Assembly: GCA_031423615.1 (NCBI GenBank)
Contig: JANPFV010000106.1
Coordinates: 29 to 64,028 of the forward strand
Source of the DNA: Candidatus Omnitrophota bacterium
Lineage (GTDB): Bacteria > Omnitrophota > Gorgyraeia > Zapsychrales > JANLHA01
Length of the DNA stretch: 64,000 nt
Direction of reading: 5' to 3'
Numbering within the stretch: the stretch's first letter is position 1; each line of letters opens with the position of its first letter. A program made the position numbers and the translations under genes. A model generated the notes under the pieces. The model did no database searches, had not been told where the DNA came from, and saw nothing but the letters and a program-made list of their open reading frames with translations. This document shows, piece by piece, positions 38,095 through 48,164 of this stretch.

Positions 38095-39113
38095 AACGCC
38101 CCTGTGCTTATTTTTTCAGCTGAAATCTCAGCCGCGACCATCGTACCCTTTATATTGGGATGGACCGATGCATCGAGAAATAATGGCTCCTGACGATGAG
38201 CAATAAAAGCGGGCAATAAATCAACATAATCAATGTTGTGGGCCTGCAAAAAAGATGTCATATCCTGCTGGATTTTATTGTCTTCTTCTTTACCATACAG
38301 TTGGATTTGATTGGGAAAAAGGACGACTAAAAACTTTTTGTGATGTCTTTGGCACTGCTCAGCGATATGTTTCAAAGTTTCTTTCATTTTGGACCAATTC
38401 TTTTCATAAACACGGGAATTGAGAAAAACATTAGCCTTGAATCGTTGGGCCAGCATCGGGTGATTATAAATCGTCCGTTTAAATAAGTATTTCATGTATA
38501 CAAAAAATCTCGATTGATTTAAAACCGCCCGCACATTCATATCCGAAACATTGCGGATAGGATTTTCAGCCAATAAAATCCCGTTTTTATCAATAATATT
38601 CGCCGGATCAGAATCGTTGGAACAAAATCCCAAAATTACTAAATCTGGCTGCAGATCAAAACCTTTCATTTTTAAAAAAGCCTCTTCCTGTTGGGTGTTA
38701 TACCCGGGAACGCCCATATTGATGACTTTAACATCCGGCCAGTTGTATTTATTCTTTAATAGCGTTTCCAACGAAACCGCATAGGTATCTTCCAGTGCAA
38801 GACCGAGACCGAAAATGATAGAGTCTCCCAAAACAATGATCCGCGCTTGGCCCGGCGGCTTAGGGGACTCGATCGGTTCCCCGCGCAAGCCGTTCTGATT
38901 AATAGAATAAAACTTATGTTGAGAAAGAGGTTTCAATTGATACCCTAAAAGGGAATGGGACGTCGGTTCTAAAAGGTCTTTATATTCGACATAAAAATTG
39001 GAAATCTGGAGCGCAAAAAGAATCCTCAAAACAATCTCAAAAACAAGAATAAAAACACTCAAGCTAAGCAAAACATACAAGAAAACTAGCTTTTTATCCT
39101 TATGAATGGCCAT
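38091..39113 (-). CDS. SGNH/GDSL hydrolase family protein, N-terminal membrane anchor
   Basis: IIVLGDSIIFG (GDS block I), later G and DxxH-type blocks; N-terminal TM. Confidence 0.7.
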   Translation of the reverse strand: MAIHKDKKLVFLYVLLSLSVFILVFEIVLRILFALQISNFYVEYKDLLEPTSHSLLGYQLKPLSQHKFYSINQNGLRGEPIESPKPPGQARIIVLGDSIIFGLGLALEDTYAVSLETLLKNKYNWPDVKVINMGVPGYNTQQEEAFLKMKGFDLQPDLVILGFCSNDSDPANIIDKNGILLAENPIRNVSDMNVRAVLNQSRFFVYMKYLFKRTIYNHPMLAQRFKANVFLNSRVYEKNWSKMKETLKHIAEQCQRHHKKFLVVLFPNQIQLYGKEEDNKIQQDMTSFLQAHNIDYVDLLPAFIAHRQEPLFLDASVHPNIKGTMVAAEISAEKISTGAL

Positions 39114-40605
39114 ACAAATTTTTTGATTTATTATGCGCGGTTGGTTTGTGCATTAAAATGATTCCCATCGCAGCGATAAATATAAAAGAATAGCTTAACG
39201 GGAGAATGTTAAAACCGTTTGATTCAAAAAAATTGTGGACGAATTGCCCCAGCAAGGCCGCCATGGCTCCGACGATTAAAGCAAAATTCAAACTGCCATC
39301 ATTGTGATGCGTTTTTATGAAAACAAGAAACGTCCGCAAATAGTTACCGTAAAACAAAAGAAAAACGATGGGAGCGGCCACTCCCATTTCAAAAGCATAA
39401 TTAAGAAAAACATTATGCGCATGAATGGTTTTTAAAACGCCGGTATTTCCTTCCACGAGAATCCTATTTAAAATATATTGTAAATCATGAACCGAGGGCG
39501 TAAGAAACCGCGAAAAGGATTCTTGCGGGAAGGTCCCCATCCCATGCCCCACCAGAGGATGTTCACCAATCAATGTGGTCGCATTCTGCCAAATAATATC
39601 ACGGTTTGAAAGCCCCGAGGAAAAACGTAAAAAAGCAACAACCGGACTTGAGAATACCGCTGTCATCAGGACCGCAAGTATAGCGCCATAAATTTTGATT
39701 CTTGTGGAAAGAGCTTTCCAATAAATAGCCAACAAAAACAAACTCGAAACAATCATGTTCATTAGCGATCCCCTTGAACCCGAAGAGAATATACCGAGGA
39801 CAACAATGCCAGCCGCACCAACAATGAAACAACGCCCCAGGACATTTCTTATGGAAGAAAGCATACTCAAAAAAACAGGCAAGCTAAGCGCCAGATAAGC
39901 TCCCAAATTGTTGGGATGAAAAAATGTGCCCGTACTGCGATAGCTGTCGGCAATTCCATTATTATTCGCAAATAATGCGAACCGGTGTATGCCCGGAATC
40001 ACATACGGCGTCAGACCAATGAAAACATGATGGACCATGATAGCGTACTGCAAAAGAGCCAGCAGAGCGTTGAGCAAAGAAAAACACAGGAATAAATAAA
40101 GGGCTTTTTTCAAATAGGCCTCGACCCGCAGAACGTCCAAAAAATAGTACATACTTAAAAAAACCGCCATATGAATGGCCAGCATTCGTGAGCTTTCCAC
40201 AATATCAAGAGAGCCGACCAAAGAAATAAGCATCAATAATGTAAAAAGGATAAAGAACAAATGGAATTCTTTAAATTGCAGGAAAGCCCATTTGTCTTTT
40301 TTTGTGGAAACCTGCAATTGAATAAACCAAATCAGGATACTTAAAAAAATCATTGATAACAGCGTCGGTTGAATCAATTCTCCCATTCCGGGAATGCGGG
40401 AAATGGGAGTCAGTATAATCAGAAAATAAATGGGCCATTGCGGGCGCGCAAAGGTGGCAACGACATAGACACCCAGAAAAAGAATGACGGCGACATTTTT
40501 TAAAGGAAAGCACAGCAGGCACGCACCCATGAAAATAATCCCCAGGGACCACAGTATTTCCCGGTTCATCTTCCAACCCGATAATGGCCATATGCTATTT
40601 ATCAT
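39100..40605 (-). CDS. O-antigen ligase/polymerase family (Wzy_C-type) integral membrane protein
   Basis: 501 aa, about 10-12 TM with large periplasmic loop typical of Wzy/WaaL superfamily. Confidence 0.6.
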   Translation of the reverse strand: MINSIWPLSGWKMNREILWSLGIIFMGACLLCFPLKNVAVILFLGVYVVATFARPQWPIYFLIILTPISRIPGMGELIQPTLLSMIFLSILIWFIQLQVSTKKDKWAFLQFKEFHLFFILFTLLMLISLVGSLDIVESSRMLAIHMAVFLSMYYFLDVLRVEAYLKKALYLFLCFSLLNALLALLQYAIMVHHVFIGLTPYVIPGIHRFALFANNNGIADSYRSTGTFFHPNNLGAYLALSLPVFLSMLSSIRNVLGRCFIVGAAGIVVLGIFSSGSRGSLMNMIVSSLFLLAIYWKALSTRIKIYGAILAVLMTAVFSSPVVAFLRFSSGLSNRDIIWQNATTLIGEHPLVGHGMGTFPQESFSRFLTPSVHDLQYILNRILVEGNTGVLKTIHAHNVFLNYAFEMGVAAPIVFLLFYGNYLRTFLVFIKTHHNDGSLNFALIVGAMAALLGQFVHNFFESNGFNILPLSYSFIFIAAMGIILMHKPTAHNKSKNLYGHS

Positions 40606-40606
40606 T

Positions 40607-41695
40607 TTATCCTATCAACATTTTTCTATGCCGCCAGGCCAGCGGGAGTCCCATGGTCAAAATAAAACTTATCAATCCCCCGATCAATAACCCGTTGATT
40701 CGCCCTTTAGGCTTTAAAGGAACCGGGGCGGGAAATACCACCTTGATGTTCTCCGTCGTTTCTTTGGCTTTGATCAATTGCGCTTTTTCTTGTTCTCCGG
40801 TGAGAAATCGAAAGGAGGCTTCATCGATAAGAACCAGCCGCTGTAGCCTTGCCAGGACCATCTCTTTTTCAGGAATATTCTTAAAACGGTCTTCGAGGGA
40901 AATGCCCTGCAACCTTTGTTTGAGTTCGGCTACTTCCTCTTTTAAATATTTCACTTGCGGACTTTCATCGGTGTACAATTCTTTTTGCTGCATCAATTTT
41001 ATTTCCAATTCCAATTCTTTTTCAGAAGTGGTCTTCATGAATTCGTACATCAGCCTCACGTCTTCGGACGAATCCATAAGCTGGTTCTCATCTCGGAATT
41101 TCTTAAGATCATCCTCGGATTTGCTCAATCTTTGTTGGGCTTGTTCTATTTCCTTATTGAGATAGGTTAGAACATTATGGACTTCCTGGTGGTTAAATTC
41201 CACATTCCATTCGATGAAGTGCGAGATGAGGTGATTGACGATATCCGCTGCTTTTTGCGCCTGGGGGTATCGGGCTTTGACAATAATCAAGGTTGTAAAA
41301 GGTGGTGACGTAGTGGTCAAAACACTTTTGCGGAGATTTTGCATCTCTTTTCTTATTAAAATTTCTTTTTCCAGATCGGAAGCCACAAACTTTTTCTTTT
41401 TAAAGAAAAGGAAATTGTCGTCATCTTCATATAACTTTAAGTCCTCGACAACCTTTCTTAAGATCGGGTCACTGACTAAAAGCTCCTGATTAAAACGGAC
41501 CGGGCCCAAGTTGTCTTGCAGATTAACTTTGTCAGAATCCACCGACGTGGCCCTGTTCTTCGTATCAATCATGAGCATGGCCGCCGTTTCATAACGGGGA
41601 AAACAAAAAACCTTGATCACCACAATGATCATAAAGAAAATAAAAATAATAAACATTTGTCGTCGATTATATAAAATATTATCCAAGGTTTTCAT
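40607..41695 (-). CDS. polysaccharide chain-length determinant (PCP/Wzz-like; no kinase domain)
   Basis: N- and C-terminal TM helices flanking long coiled-coil periplasmic domain; C-terminal GLLIGGLISFILTMGL. Confidence 0.6.
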   Translation of the reverse strand: MKTLDNILYNRRQMFIIFIFFMIIVVIKVFCFPRYETAAMLMIDTKNRATSVDSDKVNLQDNLGPVRFNQELLVSDPILRKVVEDLKLYEDDDNFLFFKKKKFVASDLEKEILIRKEMQNLRKSVLTTTSPPFTTLIIVKARYPQAQKAADIVNHLISHFIEWNVEFNHQEVHNVLTYLNKEIEQAQQRLSKSEDDLKKFRDENQLMDSSEDVRLMYEFMKTTSEKELELEIKLMQQKELYTDESPQVKYLKEEVAELKQRLQGISLEDRFKNIPEKEMVLARLQRLVLIDEASFRFLTGEQEKAQLIKAKETTENIKVVFPAPVPLKPKGRINGLLIGGLISFILTMGLPLAWRHRKMLIG

Positions 41696-42396
41696 TGGCG
41701 TAAGATCCCGGGTTTTCTTATGTCATAGATGTCTAAATAATATTTAAGGACCGGATCGGTCTTGGTAAAAAACTGATCGATGAATTTGTCCAGATTGGCA
41801 ATAAACGTTTTCGGCACAAAAACTATATCTGATGGCTCGACGGAGATATTACCCTTGGGGTCACCCTTCTTGACCAAATCCAAAAGATTAACCCGTATCA
41901 CCCGTGATTTTGCAGCATGTCCATATTTGATAACAATGATACTTTTAAGAGCGGCCGTATCATCCTTGTATCCTCCCGCCTTCGCTAAAACATCCAGCAC
42001 CCGCTCTTGCCCTTCAAAAGGATAAACGCCCGGTTGCCTGACCTCGCCTAAGACAAAGATTTTCTTGCTTTCAAAGCCAACCACATTGACTGTCACCTGC
42101 GGATCGCGGAGAATGCGGCCCAGCTTGGTGTCGAGTTGTTTTTTTAAATCTTGCGGCGTAATATTGCGGACATCTATTTCATCAACGAGTGGAAAAGCGA
42201 TTTTGCAATCGGGCCGGACCGTGACCTTCATATCCAGATCCGGATGGCGCCACACCTTGATCTCAATGGTGTCTCCCGGGCCAATTTGATAAGTGAATTC
42301 TCCTCGATAAACTTCATCGGCACCCGTGTCTTTAGGCTCTTGAGCAAAACAAACTCCCGAGGAGACGATCAACAATAAAAATAAAAAGTATCGCAT
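41692..42396 (-). CDS. polysaccharide biosynthesis/export protein (Wza-like Poly_export + SLBB domains)
   Basis: signal peptide, YQIGPGDTIEIKVW (Poly_export PES motif), SLBB-like repeat. Confidence 0.8.
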   Translation of the reverse strand: MRYFLFLLLIVSSGVCFAQEPKDTGADEVYRGEFTYQIGPGDTIEIKVWRHPDLDMKVTVRPDCKIAFPLVDEIDVRNITPQDLKKQLDTKLGRILRDPQVTVNVVGFESKKIFVLGEVRQPGVYPFEGQERVLDVLAKAGGYKDDTAALKSIIVIKYGHAAKSRVIRVNLLDLVKKGDPKGNISVEPSDIVFVPKTFIANLDKFIDQFFTKTDPVLKYYLDIYDIRKPGILRQ

Positions 42397-44021
42397 CAGG
42401 GATTCCCCTCAATTAAGACAACGGTTATGTCTCCGTAGCGTTGTGTAAAACCATCCGCCTGCTGGTATTCAACACCTGCAGCTATGCTCACATAACCCGG
42501 AGTCGATGGAGAAAATTCAATGACCGCTTGTCCCTTTTCATCAGTCTTCAAATCCCCGGTCTGATTGTCCCAACCAATAGCTTGGAATATTGCGGATTTG
42601 ACAGTTTGTCCCTCGAGCGGATGACCGAAAGCATCTTTGACGCTGACGGTCACCCCAACTTTTTCATTTACTTTATATTTCGTCTGGGCGGCCCGGAGCA
42701 TCACCTTATAAGGGGCATTTTCCGCAAGCTTTCCTACCCAAATATCCCGGCCTTTTGAGGTAAGTATCTTCTTGGCATTATCTAAGGCTTTGATTTCCAG
42801 ATGATGTTTCCCGTCCGCTAATTCGGAAATATTTATTTCCCCTTGCCACCACAGACTCCCATTCTTTTTTAAACGGCCCCACGGCTGTTCATCCAATTTA
42901 TATTGCACGGCTTGCACCTTTTCCGTTGCATAGACGGCCAGGGGTAAAACCTTTGAATAAAAATGAGTGTTCTGAGGTTCAATAATCAGAGCTTGATTAT
43001 ATTTTTTAAGGGCCTCCCCTGCGGGCCGGGCAACAGCTTTACCGTTTTTATCATACTCCGTTATTCCATACCATTTTTCCGGATTATCATCTTCATGGGC
43101 TTGTTTATTTCCGGAAAGCCACCAAGAATCATTCCATAGAAAAACACAGGCGCCCGTTGCCGCACTTTGAATAATGTCGTCATACATCTGAACATCTCCT
43201 TGGGCTTGCTCAGCCATGCTGTTACCGCCATATCCAAAGAAATGGGCGATGGGCTCACCTTTGCGCGTCGGTGAGATGGACAGTCCAAATTCAGTAATAA
43301 TTAATGGCTTGTCCACCGCGAGATTTTGTTTAAGCCATTGAATATATCCTTGATATCCCAAGGCATGGGTAATAAGGCTGGGTGAATAAATGTAGGCGTT
43401 AAATCCTATGAAATCCAAAAATGAATGGTCCAAAAATCCCAAAGGGACCCAGTTCGCAAAGGATACGGGTTTTGAGGCATCAACGGTTTTAACATATTGG
43501 GTCAATCGTTTTAAAAATTCTTCCGTCGGGGCTTGCCCGGCATCACGTACACGTTTGACAGGCGGTTCATTTAAGAACAAATATCCCAAAACATTATCAA
43601 ATTCTTTGGCCCATACCAAATCTTTATTTAAAAGGGTTTGGGCATACGTCAAAGTCTCAGGACGGCGGTAATCTTTTTCCTTATCAAACCAAATCCCGTG
43701 CAATATAAACAAACCGTGCTTTTGCGCCAGCGTCTCAATTTCGGGAGTCAAAGCTCCGGCCGTTCGGATCGTATTAAAACCCGCTTCTTTGATCAAACGG
43801 AAATCATCATCGACTAAATCCAGATTGACTTTGTCGTGGTCACCCGGAGATTGGCCGGGCCGATAAGCCTGATAATTGACCCCTTTAATAAAAAACTTTT
43901 CTCCGTTAACATAAAACCAATCCCCTTTGATCTCGACGGGATTTCCCGCAAAAGCCGGAACGCCCCATAATAGAAAAACCATATTTATAAGCCCTATTTT
44001 TAAATTTGACGTTTTGATCAT
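42396..44021 (-). CDS. secreted glycoside hydrolase, clan GH-A TIM barrel (GH5-like) with C-terminal Ig-like domain
   Basis: signal peptide; LFLNEPP (acid/base NEP) and LIITEFG (nucleophile TE) motifs; C-terminal about 100 aa beta-sandwich. Confidence 0.6.
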   Translation of the reverse strand: MIKTSNLKIGLINMVFLLWGVPAFAGNPVEIKGDWFYVNGEKFFIKGVNYQAYRPGQSPGDHDKVNLDLVDDDFRLIKEAGFNTIRTAGALTPEIETLAQKHGLFILHGIWFDKEKDYRRPETLTYAQTLLNKDLVWAKEFDNVLGYLFLNEPPVKRVRDAGQAPTEEFLKRLTQYVKTVDASKPVSFANWVPLGFLDHSFLDFIGFNAYIYSPSLITHALGYQGYIQWLKQNLAVDKPLIITEFGLSISPTRKGEPIAHFFGYGGNSMAEQAQGDVQMYDDIIQSAATGACVFLWNDSWWLSGNKQAHEDDNPEKWYGITEYDKNGKAVARPAGEALKKYNQALIIEPQNTHFYSKVLPLAVYATEKVQAVQYKLDEQPWGRLKKNGSLWWQGEINISELADGKHHLEIKALDNAKKILTSKGRDIWVGKLAENAPYKVMLRAAQTKYKVNEKVGVTVSVKDAFGHPLEGQTVKSAIFQAIGWDNQTGDLKTDEKGQAVIEFSPSTPGYVSIAAGVEYQQADGFTQRYGDITVVLIEGNP

Positions 44022-44047
44022 TTTTTCCCCTTTTCGGTAATGGCTTC

Positions 44048-44593
44048 CTAATCAATAAAAAGTGAATTCCATTTTTCGATCTGTTGAAGGAGTTGCTGAT
44101 AAGATTCCTCGATACTTTGCTGTTCGGTGGCAATTGTAATCTCTGCCCCGACGGGCGCTTCATAAGGGTCATCAAGACCGGTAAAATATAAAATTTGTCC
44201 GGAGCGCGCTTTTTTGTAAAGTCCCTTAGGATCGCGGCGTTCACATTCCTGCAAAGACGCGGAAACAAACACTTCGATAAAATGCTCACACATATTGCGA
44301 ACCACATGACGGGCTTCGCTATAGGGAGATATGAATGAAGCAATCACAATCACCCCATGCTTTTCCAATAAAGACGCAATAAATCCCATTCGCTTGATAT
44401 GTTCATCCCGGTCCTCTTTGGTAAAACTTGTTTGCGGAAATATCGAGCGCACTTTATCTCCGTCGAGATGTTCCACCTGAAAACCCTGCCCCGTATAGAA
44501 GGCATATAATTTCTCGGCCAAAGTACTTTTGCCGGCCCCGGATAATCCCGTGAGCCAGACCACAAAACCTTTGGGCGGTACGCTTTTAACCAT
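44048..44593 (-). CDS. cysC: adenylyl-sulfate (APS) kinase
   Basis: VVWLTGLSGAGKSTLA P-loop, DGDxxR, full-length collinearity with CysC (181 aa). Confidence 0.9.
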   Translation of the reverse strand: MVKSVPPKGFVVWLTGLSGAGKSTLAEKLYAFYTGQGFQVEHLDGDKVRSIFPQTSFTKEDRDEHIKRMGFIASLLEKHGVIVIASFISPYSEARHVVRNMCEHFIEVFVSASLQECERRDPKGLYKKARSGQILYFTGLDDPYEAPVGAEITIATEQQSIEESYQQLLQQIEKWNSLFID

Positions 44594-45245
44594 GGCGCAC
44601 TCTCAGCGATCCTGCGCTGCTTTTGTTATCACACGGAAAAGACGACGAGACTGTTGAAAAACCCAGAAAGGGGCACAATTTTTCCCAGCCATCCCCGCGG
44701 CACACATTCATAATCAATAAATCCTGGGGTCTTTTATTAAAATACGCTTTTACATTTTTATATTTTTCTAAATGCTCGGCTATGATTTGTTTTTGCATCT
44801 CTTTGTAATTTCTTATTAAAAAAGCAGGCGGAATACCGCTGGCATTGATGTCGGCGGAGAAATATTTTTCATGACTTATACTCCACTCATCTAAGTCCCG
44901 CTCCAAAAGAATAAATTTGCTGCCCGGAAAACGCCGGTCCAATTCCTGATAAAGATCAAAGTCGTGCCACGGGCCGTCGACAAAAGTATCAAACATATTT
45001 GCGACTTCAAAAGTTTCCGTAAAATCGCCTCTTTTGCATTGTTCATAGAGATAAGGGTCCCATCCCTTGCGGGTAAGGGCCAACTTTTTAAAAGCATTGC
45101 CCAGTGACGTGGTCCCTGTTTTGGGTGATCCCACTTCAAAAATTTTATTAAATGTTCTTTGACCCCGGGGCCGATGAAAGGGATCAAAATGAGCCACCTG
45201 CTTGCAAAGGCGCAAATGCTCGATTAAAAATGTTTTCAACTTCAT
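44586..45245 (-). CDS. sulfotransferase family protein (PAPS-dependent)
   Basis: 5'-PSB-like loop GSPKTGTTSL; about 219 aa; overlaps cysC start by 8 nt. Confidence 0.65.
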   Translation of the reverse strand: MKLKTFLIEHLRLCKQVAHFDPFHRPRGQRTFNKIFEVGSPKTGTTSLGNAFKKLALTRKGWDPYLYEQCKRGDFTETFEVANMFDTFVDGPWHDFDLYQELDRRFPGSKFILLERDLDEWSISHEKYFSADINASGIPPAFLIRNYKEMQKQIIAEHLEKYKNVKAYFNKRPQDLLIMNVCRGDGWEKLCPFLGFSTVSSSFPCDNKSSAGSLRVRHG

Positions 45246-46246
45246 AACGCAATCCTTTGTCCGCCATTCTTCAAAGAAAGGTCGGACGCTTCAAGCCATT
45301 TGACAACCCTTAAACCGGCCTGACCGTTGTTCAGCGGTTCCGTTCCCGTGTTAATGCAGTGCACAAAATATTTTGCTTCCTCCTCCAGCGCCTCTTTTCT
45401 CACGATATGCGGAGAGAGGACATCCCCGACACGATAATCGACAAGAATGTCCCGCCTATTATCCGAAGTTTTGATATCCACCCCGGCATCATAAATCTTT
45501 ATCTTTTCATCCGCTTCCACATCATCCCAAACCAGCATTTTTTTCTGCCCGCTTAACAAGATCTGGCGAATTTTCAAAGGGGCCAGCCAATTGAGCCGGA
45601 TTTGCGCAACAAAATTATCCGGATAATACAAAAAAATTGAGGCTAAATTGATTCTCCCCGTCTCAAAGTGATCCACGCCCTGCGAGCTGATCGCCAGAGG
45701 TTTTTCGGCAATCAAATAATCCAGAATCGAAAAATCGTGCGGCGCCAAATCCCAGATCACGTCCACATCATCTTGAAAAGCCCCCAAACGGATCCGGGTC
45801 GAATCATAATAAAAAAGTTTTCCCAAAGTTTCTTCCGCCAGGACTTTTTTAATGCATTTGATGGCGCCCGTAAATAAAAAGGTGTGATCAACCATGATCT
45901 TAAGATTTTTTCTTTGCGCCAAATCAACCAGGATTTGCGCTTGTTTGACTGATAAGGTCAATGGCTTTTCAACAAAAATATGTTTGCCATTTTCCAAGGC
46001 CTCGTGGGCTATCGTAAAATGCGATGAAACCGGGGTGGCAATGAGGACAGCATCAATGTCCGGGGCCTGAATAATATCCCGGTAATTTTTCGTCACCTTG
46101 ACAAAAGAATAACTTTGTTTGGCCTTGGCTAAGTTTTCCTCGACTAAATCACAAATAGTCATGATGACGCATCCGGGCGTGGCGTTAAAATTTCTCACCA
46201 AATTGGGACCCCAATAACCATATCCGATGACACCCAATCTTATCAT
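45242..46246 (-). CDS. Gfo/Idh/MocA-family NAD(P)-dependent sugar oxidoreductase
   Basis: IRLGVIGYGYWGPN Rossmann, EKPL motif; start ATG 46246 with GAGGGGG SD. Confidence 0.8.
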   Translation of the reverse strand: MIRLGVIGYGYWGPNLVRNFNATPGCVIMTICDLVEENLAKAKQSYSFVKVTKNYRDIIQAPDIDAVLIATPVSSHFTIAHEALENGKHIFVEKPLTLSVKQAQILVDLAQRKNLKIMVDHTFLFTGAIKCIKKVLAEETLGKLFYYDSTRIRLGAFQDDVDVIWDLAPHDFSILDYLIAEKPLAISSQGVDHFETGRINLASIFLYYPDNFVAQIRLNWLAPLKIRQILLSGQKKMLVWDDVEADEKIKIYDAGVDIKTSDNRRDILVDYRVGDVLSPHIVRKEALEEEAKYFVHCINTGTEPLNNGQAGLRVVKWLEASDLSLKNGGQRIAL

Positions 46247-46250
46247 AAGA

Positions 46251-47078
46251 TTAAGTCTGCCCCCTCTTATGTTGCCCCAAGGCCATCGCCAAGCCATGTT
46301 TATTGAAAAAATACAAAATATTAAGAATATGAACAATGCTCAATTTCCCGAATTTCTTAACACTGTCTCGCCGGTAGTAATGAACCGCATGAACTTCGGG
46401 GATGTAGTAGACTTTTAATCCATTGATCCGCGCCCGGAAACACCATTCCACATCTTCCAGATAAAAGGGCTGAAAAAGTTTGTAATCTAAACCGCCGATC
46501 TTTTCAATAGCGGATCTTCTCATTAAAAATAAAGCCGAAAGCACCCAGTCCACCGACCGGGTTGTCTTGTGATCGTAGTCCTTCATCAGATATTTCTGCA
46601 CGGTGGAACTATTGGATATTTTCTTGCCGGACTTGATCCAACGAAAGAAATGCGGCAAACGGTTGAAATAAATCAAGGGGGTGGGAAACTGCCGGCAGGT
46701 CAACTGCAAAGTCCCGTCCTCAAAAACCAATTTAGAACTGCTCACCGCGGCATCAGGGTTTTTTTCCATAAAATCAATCATGTAGGCCATGGTGTTGGGC
46801 ATCAATTCGATGTCCGAGTTAAGCAGCAGCACATAGCGCCCGCGGCAATTATTTGTGGCTTCGATATTGTTGTGGATATAACCCAATTTCTTTTCATTGC
46901 GCCTCAATATCACTTCGGGAAAATCCTGAGCAACCATGTGTGCCGTCCCATCCGTTGAAGCATTATCGACGACAATGGTCTCTATAGAATATACAGTTTG
47001 TGACCGCCGTATGGATTCCAGACATTTCTTTAAATGATGCTTTTCATTTGTTCCAACGACAATAATAGACACATCCAC
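46251..47078 (-). CDS. glycosyltransferase family 2
   Basis: VSIIVVGTNE...VVDNASTDGT...LNSDIEL GT-A motifs. Confidence 0.8.
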   Translation of the reverse strand: MDVSIIVVGTNEKHHLKKCLESIRRSQTVYSIETIVVDNASTDGTAHMVAQDFPEVILRRNEKKLGYIHNNIEATNNCRGRYVLLLNSDIELMPNTMAYMIDFMEKNPDAAVSSSKLVFEDGTLQLTCRQFPTPLIYFNRLPHFFRWIKSGKKISNSSTVQKYLMKDYDHKTTRSVDWVLSALFLMRRSAIEKIGGLDYKLFQPFYLEDVEWCFRARINGLKVYYIPEVHAVHYYRRDSVKKFGKLSIVHILNILYFFNKHGLAMALGQHKRGQT

Positions 47079-47105
47079 AGCGTTCTCCTGGATTTTAAGG
47101 ACAGT

Positions 47106-48164
47106 TCACATGCAAATGACCCTGTACCGGCACGACCAGTACAGGCGTCCATAATATTCCGACAATTCCCTTACCGCATATATAAAAAAAGCGGTGATGG
47201 TTTCTTTCCCGGTTAAGGTTGATCCTTTTTTTTGGACTTCTTTTCTGATCTTAAAACAATAATAAAGGCACGCTGACAAAAACATCACCAACAAGAAAGT
47301 CGGCGATATCCAGGCACTGACCGACAGCGCGACGATCAAAAATAGAACTTTTAAAACATTGGTCATCAACACCATCGTCAGGCCCATGTTATTGCGCCAA
47401 TGATAATAATTTCGCGGTAGACAAATAAAAACTTGCCCCCGGAAATGCCTGTCGATATTCACTACCAACCCGCGAGCATAAGAAAATTCCCGTTTGACCA
47501 AAGATCGAAGAGGGATATCTTGCAAGTGATAAACAGCCATGGGAGCATGCCACGCCATGATTTTTCCGCCCGCCTCCACCGCCCGCAGGGTAATATCGAC
47601 GTCCTCACCGGCGATGAATGTTTCATCAAAACCATTAATTTTTCTAAAAAACGCCTTACGGAAAGCGCAGTTAAAGGAAATGATGACTTTTTGATCAAAG
47701 TAATCTTTCTTTCGCTGGATCAGAGATTCCGGAATGTGATACGAAGCCAGCCAAAAAGCCGATAAAAATTTCCCCATAACGGTAGTTGGAGCAAAGGATA
47801 TGACATTCACACCTCCCATGCCGTCTAAATCGTCATCTTTGCTAAAAGCCTGTTTAATACTGCACACCCAAGAAGGAGTCGGGACACAATCCGAATCTGT
47901 AAAAGCCACAATGTCACCCGTGGCCAGAAAAGCCCCTTTATTTCTTGCGGCCGATGGCCCTTTTTTAACTTCGTTGCAAAGAATAATGTTAAGACCAGGA
48001 AATTGTTTCATCGCCTCTTGCACAGTCACCTGGCTTTGATCGGTCGAGTTGTTGTCTACCATAATGACTTCTTCCGGTAACACATCCTGTTCCGCCAAGG
48101 CGTGGATGCATTTTAAAATCGTCTTTGACGCATTAAACATCGGGATCACGACGGATATTTTCAT
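47106..48164 (-). CDS. glycosyltransferase family 2 with C-terminal transmembrane segments
   Basis: KISVVIPMFN...MVDNNSTD...FTDSDCV; 3-4 C-terminal TM helices. Confidence 0.75.
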   Translation of the reverse strand: MKISVVIPMFNASKTILKCIHALAEQDVLPEEVIMVDNNSTDQSQVTVQEAMKQFPGLNIILCNEVKKGPSAARNKGAFLATGDIVAFTDSDCVPTPSWVCSIKQAFSKDDDLDGMGGVNVISFAPTTVMGKFLSAFWLASYHIPESLIQRKKDYFDQKVIISFNCAFRKAFFRKINGFDETFIAGEDVDITLRAVEAGGKIMAWHAPMAVYHLQDIPLRSLVKREFSYARGLVVNIDRHFRGQVFICLPRNYYHWRNNMGLTMVLMTNVLKVLFLIVALSVSAWISPTFLLVMFLSACLYYCFKIRKEVQKKGSTLTGKETITAFFIYAVRELSEYYGRLYWSCRYRVICM